Part shown: positions 61,069-64,000 of the stretch, in pieces
Layout of the letters: each line of letters starts with the position of its first letter
Numbering within the stretch: the stretch's first letter is position 1
Assembly: GCF_964204645.1 (NCBI RefSeq)
Contig: NC_134026.1
Location: 11,989,950-12,053,949, forward strand
Origin: Tubulanus polymorphus
Lineage: Eukaryota; Animalia; Nemertea
Length of the DNA stretch: 64,000 bases
Direction of reading: 5' to 3'
Notes under the pieces: model-generated
What the model saw: only the letters and a program-made list of their open reading frames with translations
Database searches by the model: none
What the model was told of the DNA's origin: nothing
Program-made: the position numbers and the translations under genes

Positions 61069-61148
61069 TTATTATACATATTTTTTTTACTAAATTGGTT
61101 AATAATTTTAGAATCCTCTTCCATTTCTTCGACCAACGTCATCCTTTT

Positions 61149-61400
61149 TCATTCTTCGTTGCTTTTGATAAATTGTTTCGATTCCTTGATATCAAATCTC
61201 TCAACGTATTGTTCATTATTTGGATTATTATTCCATAATTCAATAAATTTCTTTGCTTTTGTTAACTGTTCTGAATATAACTGTAAATATTCTAGTTTCA
61301 ATTTATTCTCTAAATGTGTTTTAGTTTTATTGTGTCTTGATTTTTGGGATTTATCTACGCTGATATTACATGTTGGGCAGTAGTACTTATTTGCTTCCAT
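61149..61400 (-). CDS. Small U1-like zinc-finger protein
   Basis: YYCPTC...SRHNKTKTH; tail LYSEQLTKAKKFI..WNNNPNNE shared with the tail of A's HNH. Confidence 0.6.
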   Translation of the reverse strand: MEANKYYCPTCNISVDKSQKSRHNKTKTHLENKLKLEYLQLYSEQLTKAKKFIELWNNNPNNEQYVERFDIKESKQFIKSNEE

Positions 61401-61480
61401 TTTAATACTAAATTTTTTATTAAAATTGATTTTAGAAGTTCAATGATTTATATTTTATTCATATATATGATTATTTTAAG

Positions 61481-61884
61481 AGTAATAGGGGTTTAGTTGT
61501 TTCGGGTTAAAGGTTGAATGGTCGAGTTCATTAATAACAAACATTAAAAGTAATTTAAAACTATAATATATTTTCATAACCGTGTGCATTTCAGTTGAAC
61601 AATAGAATAATTATTATTATTTGAATATATTTGATTATATGAATTTGTGTATTGTAAATAAATCAATTGGTCGCGGAGCGGAGCGGTAGCGAAGTGGAGC
61701 GACCAATTGATTTAACACCATATGCTTTTTAGATTATTGATATCTTAGAATAAATATTTAGTTTTAATATAAAATACACACGGTTATGAAAATATATTAT
61801 AGTTTTTAATTACTTTTAATGTTTTGTTTTTTAATGAACTCGACCGTTCGACCTTTGATCTGAAACAACTAAACCCCTATTACT
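61481..61884. repeat. 404-bp terminal palindrome of copy C
   Basis: Arms of about 110 bp (61481-61590 and 61773-61884) plus inner stem TAAATCAATTGGTCGC/GCGACCAATTGATTTA (61659-61714). Confidence 0.9.
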
Positions 61885-62727
61885 TATGTTACTGAACCAA
61901 TAATTGATTGTTCTGAACCAGTGTCTATTATCATCTTTAAACGCTGTCCGTTTATCTTCAACGATCGAATACACTTATTCTTATCGCATTCGTTCTTAAT
62001 AGTCCAAACAAAATCAGAATTTGAACTGTCCGAATCCCCGTCAGAAACATTTCGAACTTTACCGGGAGGTTTCGAGCTTTTCTTTTTGGACATTGACGTT
62101 GTTCTTCCACCTTTACGAGTGTCTGATTTCTTTTTACGGCATTTTCTAGCGTAATGTCCTTTCTTCTTGCAATAGGCACATTCTGCCTCTAAGGCACCAC
62201 ACGAGTCAGGTGCGTGGTCTTGCGGTTTCAAAAGTGCGTGCACTTTTCAAATATTTGTCTAGTGTCAAATCTTCCTGACCTAGGAATTTTACTCGGAGTT
62301 CATTACTACGGCACTTTTCAACGATCTGGTCTCTGATCATCTCAGACTCTTTGTTGCCATAGTCACAAGATCGGACAAGGTCTCTGAGTGCGGTAGCATA
62401 CTGGTCGATAGTTTCACTTTCATTCTGTGCTCGTTGGCGAAATTTATAACGTTCAGCTATAGTGTTCTTCTTTGGTTCGAAGTAGGCCTTCAATGCAGCC
62501 TTCGCTTCTGCAAACGAAGTCTTTGATCCAGGGAGTGCAGCAAACACCCTCTGAACAGATGCTCCCATACAATGGAGCAAAGTAGCTCTGCGTATCTTGT
62601 CCTCCTTCTGGTCCACGCCAGAGGCTACCTCGAAAAATTCGAATGAGGCCAGCCATGAACCCCATTCGGCTGCCAGGTCTGTGGCGTTCAAGTTCAACGG
62701 GGCCGGAGCCCGAAGATTTTCGGCCAT
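61885..62727 (-). pseudogene. gag: Gypsy gag (capsid, CCHC knuckle) and start of aspartic protease; frameshifted and cut by Polinton C
   Basis: EW..W...F, LLHCMG, ERYKFRQRAQ...ETIDQY, MIRDQIV; CAYCKKKGHYARKC; IIDTGS. Confidence 0.9.
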
Positions 62728-62851
62728 TTTAATTTTCACAGGCGGGTTGAATGTTTAACAATCGTACCTGTTTCGACGATCAAATTCGACCTCCAACGGA
62801 CGAAGAATACAAAAATACACCGCTCTATATCAACATTAGTGTTCCAAATTT

Positions 62852-62864
62852 ATCCTCGTCGCCA
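62852..62864 (-). other. Primer binding site, complementary to the 3' end of tRNA-Ser(GCU)
   Basis: TGGCGACGAGGAT 2 nt downstream of the 5' LTR on the minus strand. Confidence 0.8.
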
Positions 62865-62866
62865 TA

Positions 62867-63007
62867 TGTAGCATCGTCCAGCCAAGATGTTTCCGATATA
62901 AGATTAAGATTGATATAAAGATAAAGGTAGTAGTTTATTCATGGTTTCCGTTACAACGCTTTCTAGCCTGCGCCAGGTGGCAGCATCATACAATGTACTA
63001 TCCTACA
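62867..63007 (-). repeat. 5' LTR (141 bp)
   Basis: Matches 40271-40414; followed by TSD ATCGT. Confidence 0.95.
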
Positions 63008-63086
63008 ATCGTCAAGGTGTGTAATATCAGTACTTGTCCAATGAGATTGCAGAACTGTCGAAAGGGGAGAAATGCCTGAGCAAAGC

Positions 63087-63537
63087 AGTAATTGGAAAGT
63101 GGGCTTTCAGATCAGAGGTCGTGCGGTCGAGACACCACTCATCACCACAAGTAATTTTTTTTCCTAATAAATGGGAGATAGAAAAGGATTCTTAGCAACA
63201 ATAAATAACAGAATTAAACCAGCAAAAAACAATTTGAAATAAAAAAGTTAGTTGATGTTACAAAAGAAATTGAACATAAAATATTGAAATTAGAAAAGAT
63301 AAAAACTAAATATGGAGAGAAAGTATCGGCGAATTTAAGCTACTGCAATGTTAGTACATCGCGAGAATTTAAAGTGTTTTTACCTGATAAATGGGTTTCA
63401 TTGAGTACAGAGGAATTAAAAGATTTAGAAGGATTTAAAATAATCTATCATGGGAAAAATGAAGACGGTCATCATGATTTAGAAATTGTTGATTAAATAA
63501 GAAATAAAAATAATGAATATCTAGAATCCAAAATGAC
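63087..63537 (+). mobile_element. Polinton fragment E: complete left TIR plus first gene of family A
   Basis: Starts AGTAATTGGAAAGTGGGCTTTCAGATCAGAGGTCG...; 63139-63537 matches about 1-410; interrupts BEL pol. Confidence 0.88.
63171..63496 (+). pseudogene. SSB-like small protein, frameshift in an A-run
   Basis: Near-identical to 33-359 with one A missing near 63228. Confidence 0.8.
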
Positions 63538-64000
63538 CTTAGTCGTTTTATTGAACAACTACAATCATACAGTCAAACATCTGTTACATGTTATTATAAG
63601 AGAGTGCTTCATTTGAATATTGATCAATCAAACAGGTGTTGCACAACGTTGTTGTTATATTGGATAGCTAGCAGTTATATAATAAGCACGCAGTACATAC
63701 AACACACACACACAGGACAGGAGGATAGTCATTCTCTCTCGTGATTAAAAGGAATATTTCAATGTTTTTACGGTAAGTTTTAGCAAAACCACCCGACTTG
63801 ACTCACAGAGTTTTTAGGGGATAAGCATCCCGTTATTGAGAGGCGCCACGAGATACCTATCCCCAAGCATTTCTACTTACACCCCTGTGACCCACACCTC
63901 ACCAATTCTCCTTCAATGGTTGACAGGAAACACATTATATTAAAGGCGCCTAATGCATTTCCTATTAACCCCTTACCCTCGAAAGGAGGATCGAAAGTCG

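Larger units (their letters stand above)
46205..61884. mobile_element. Polinton copy C (second lineage), left end deleted
   Basis: POLB, penton, MCP, ATPase and INT in a different gene order from A; right terminus ...CCCCTATTACT at 61884 interrupts the Gypsy protease. Confidence 0.93.
40271..63007 (-). mobile_element. Gypsy (Mag-like) LTR retrotransposon with nested Zator and Polinton C
   Basis: TG...CA LTRs at 40271-40414 and 62867-63007; TSD ATCGT (40266-40270, 63008-63012); PBS, PPT, gag, protease and integrase remnants. Confidence 0.95.

Noticed and set aside
63760-64000. Possible SINE or structured RNA
   Set aside because: No clear A/B boxes, cloverleaf or boundaries are visible in the window.

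Overview
AT-rich eukaryotic (invertebrate-like, intron-containing) genomic window that is almost entirely a nest of mobile elements, dominated by Polinton/Maverick (adintovirus-like) endogenous DNA viruses. Copy A (1-15928) is a nearly complete ~16 kb element with short imperfect TIRs. It encodes protein-primed PolB with an endonuclease-VII-like insert, a chromodomain integrase, a packaging ATPase, major and minor capsid proteins, about 7 membrane proteins and an HNH nuclease, but no recognisable adenain protease. Copy B (15929-28316) is a decayed sister whose pPolB carries a ~353-codon LAGLIDADG intein at YFD/T (motif C). D (35132-38247) is a 3.1 kb non-autonomous element with ~570 bp TIRs ending in 205 bp palindromes, inserted in a DIRS remnant. 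Copy C (46205-61884) belongs to a second lineage: it shares a nearly identical capsid/membrane module with A but has a divergent replication module and a 404 bp terminal palindrome. C sits, together with an intron-containing Zator transposon and a Zator MITE, inside a young Gypsy LTR element (40271-63007, TSD ATCGT), which is itself inside a BEL/Pao remnant. E (63087-63537) is an isolated left end. Most notable: (i) a giant-virus-type intein in an animal Polinton pPolB beside intein-free alleles; (ii) all 16 genes of copy A start with ATAAATG, 13 of them behind a T-run, the poxvirus late-promoter architecture; (iii) hairpin-forming termini and a terminal code shared by all five elements. Together these suggest (inference) a virophage-like Polinton that depends on a cytoplasmic large DNA virus and has its own satellite element. 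All identities are by eye; no searches were run.
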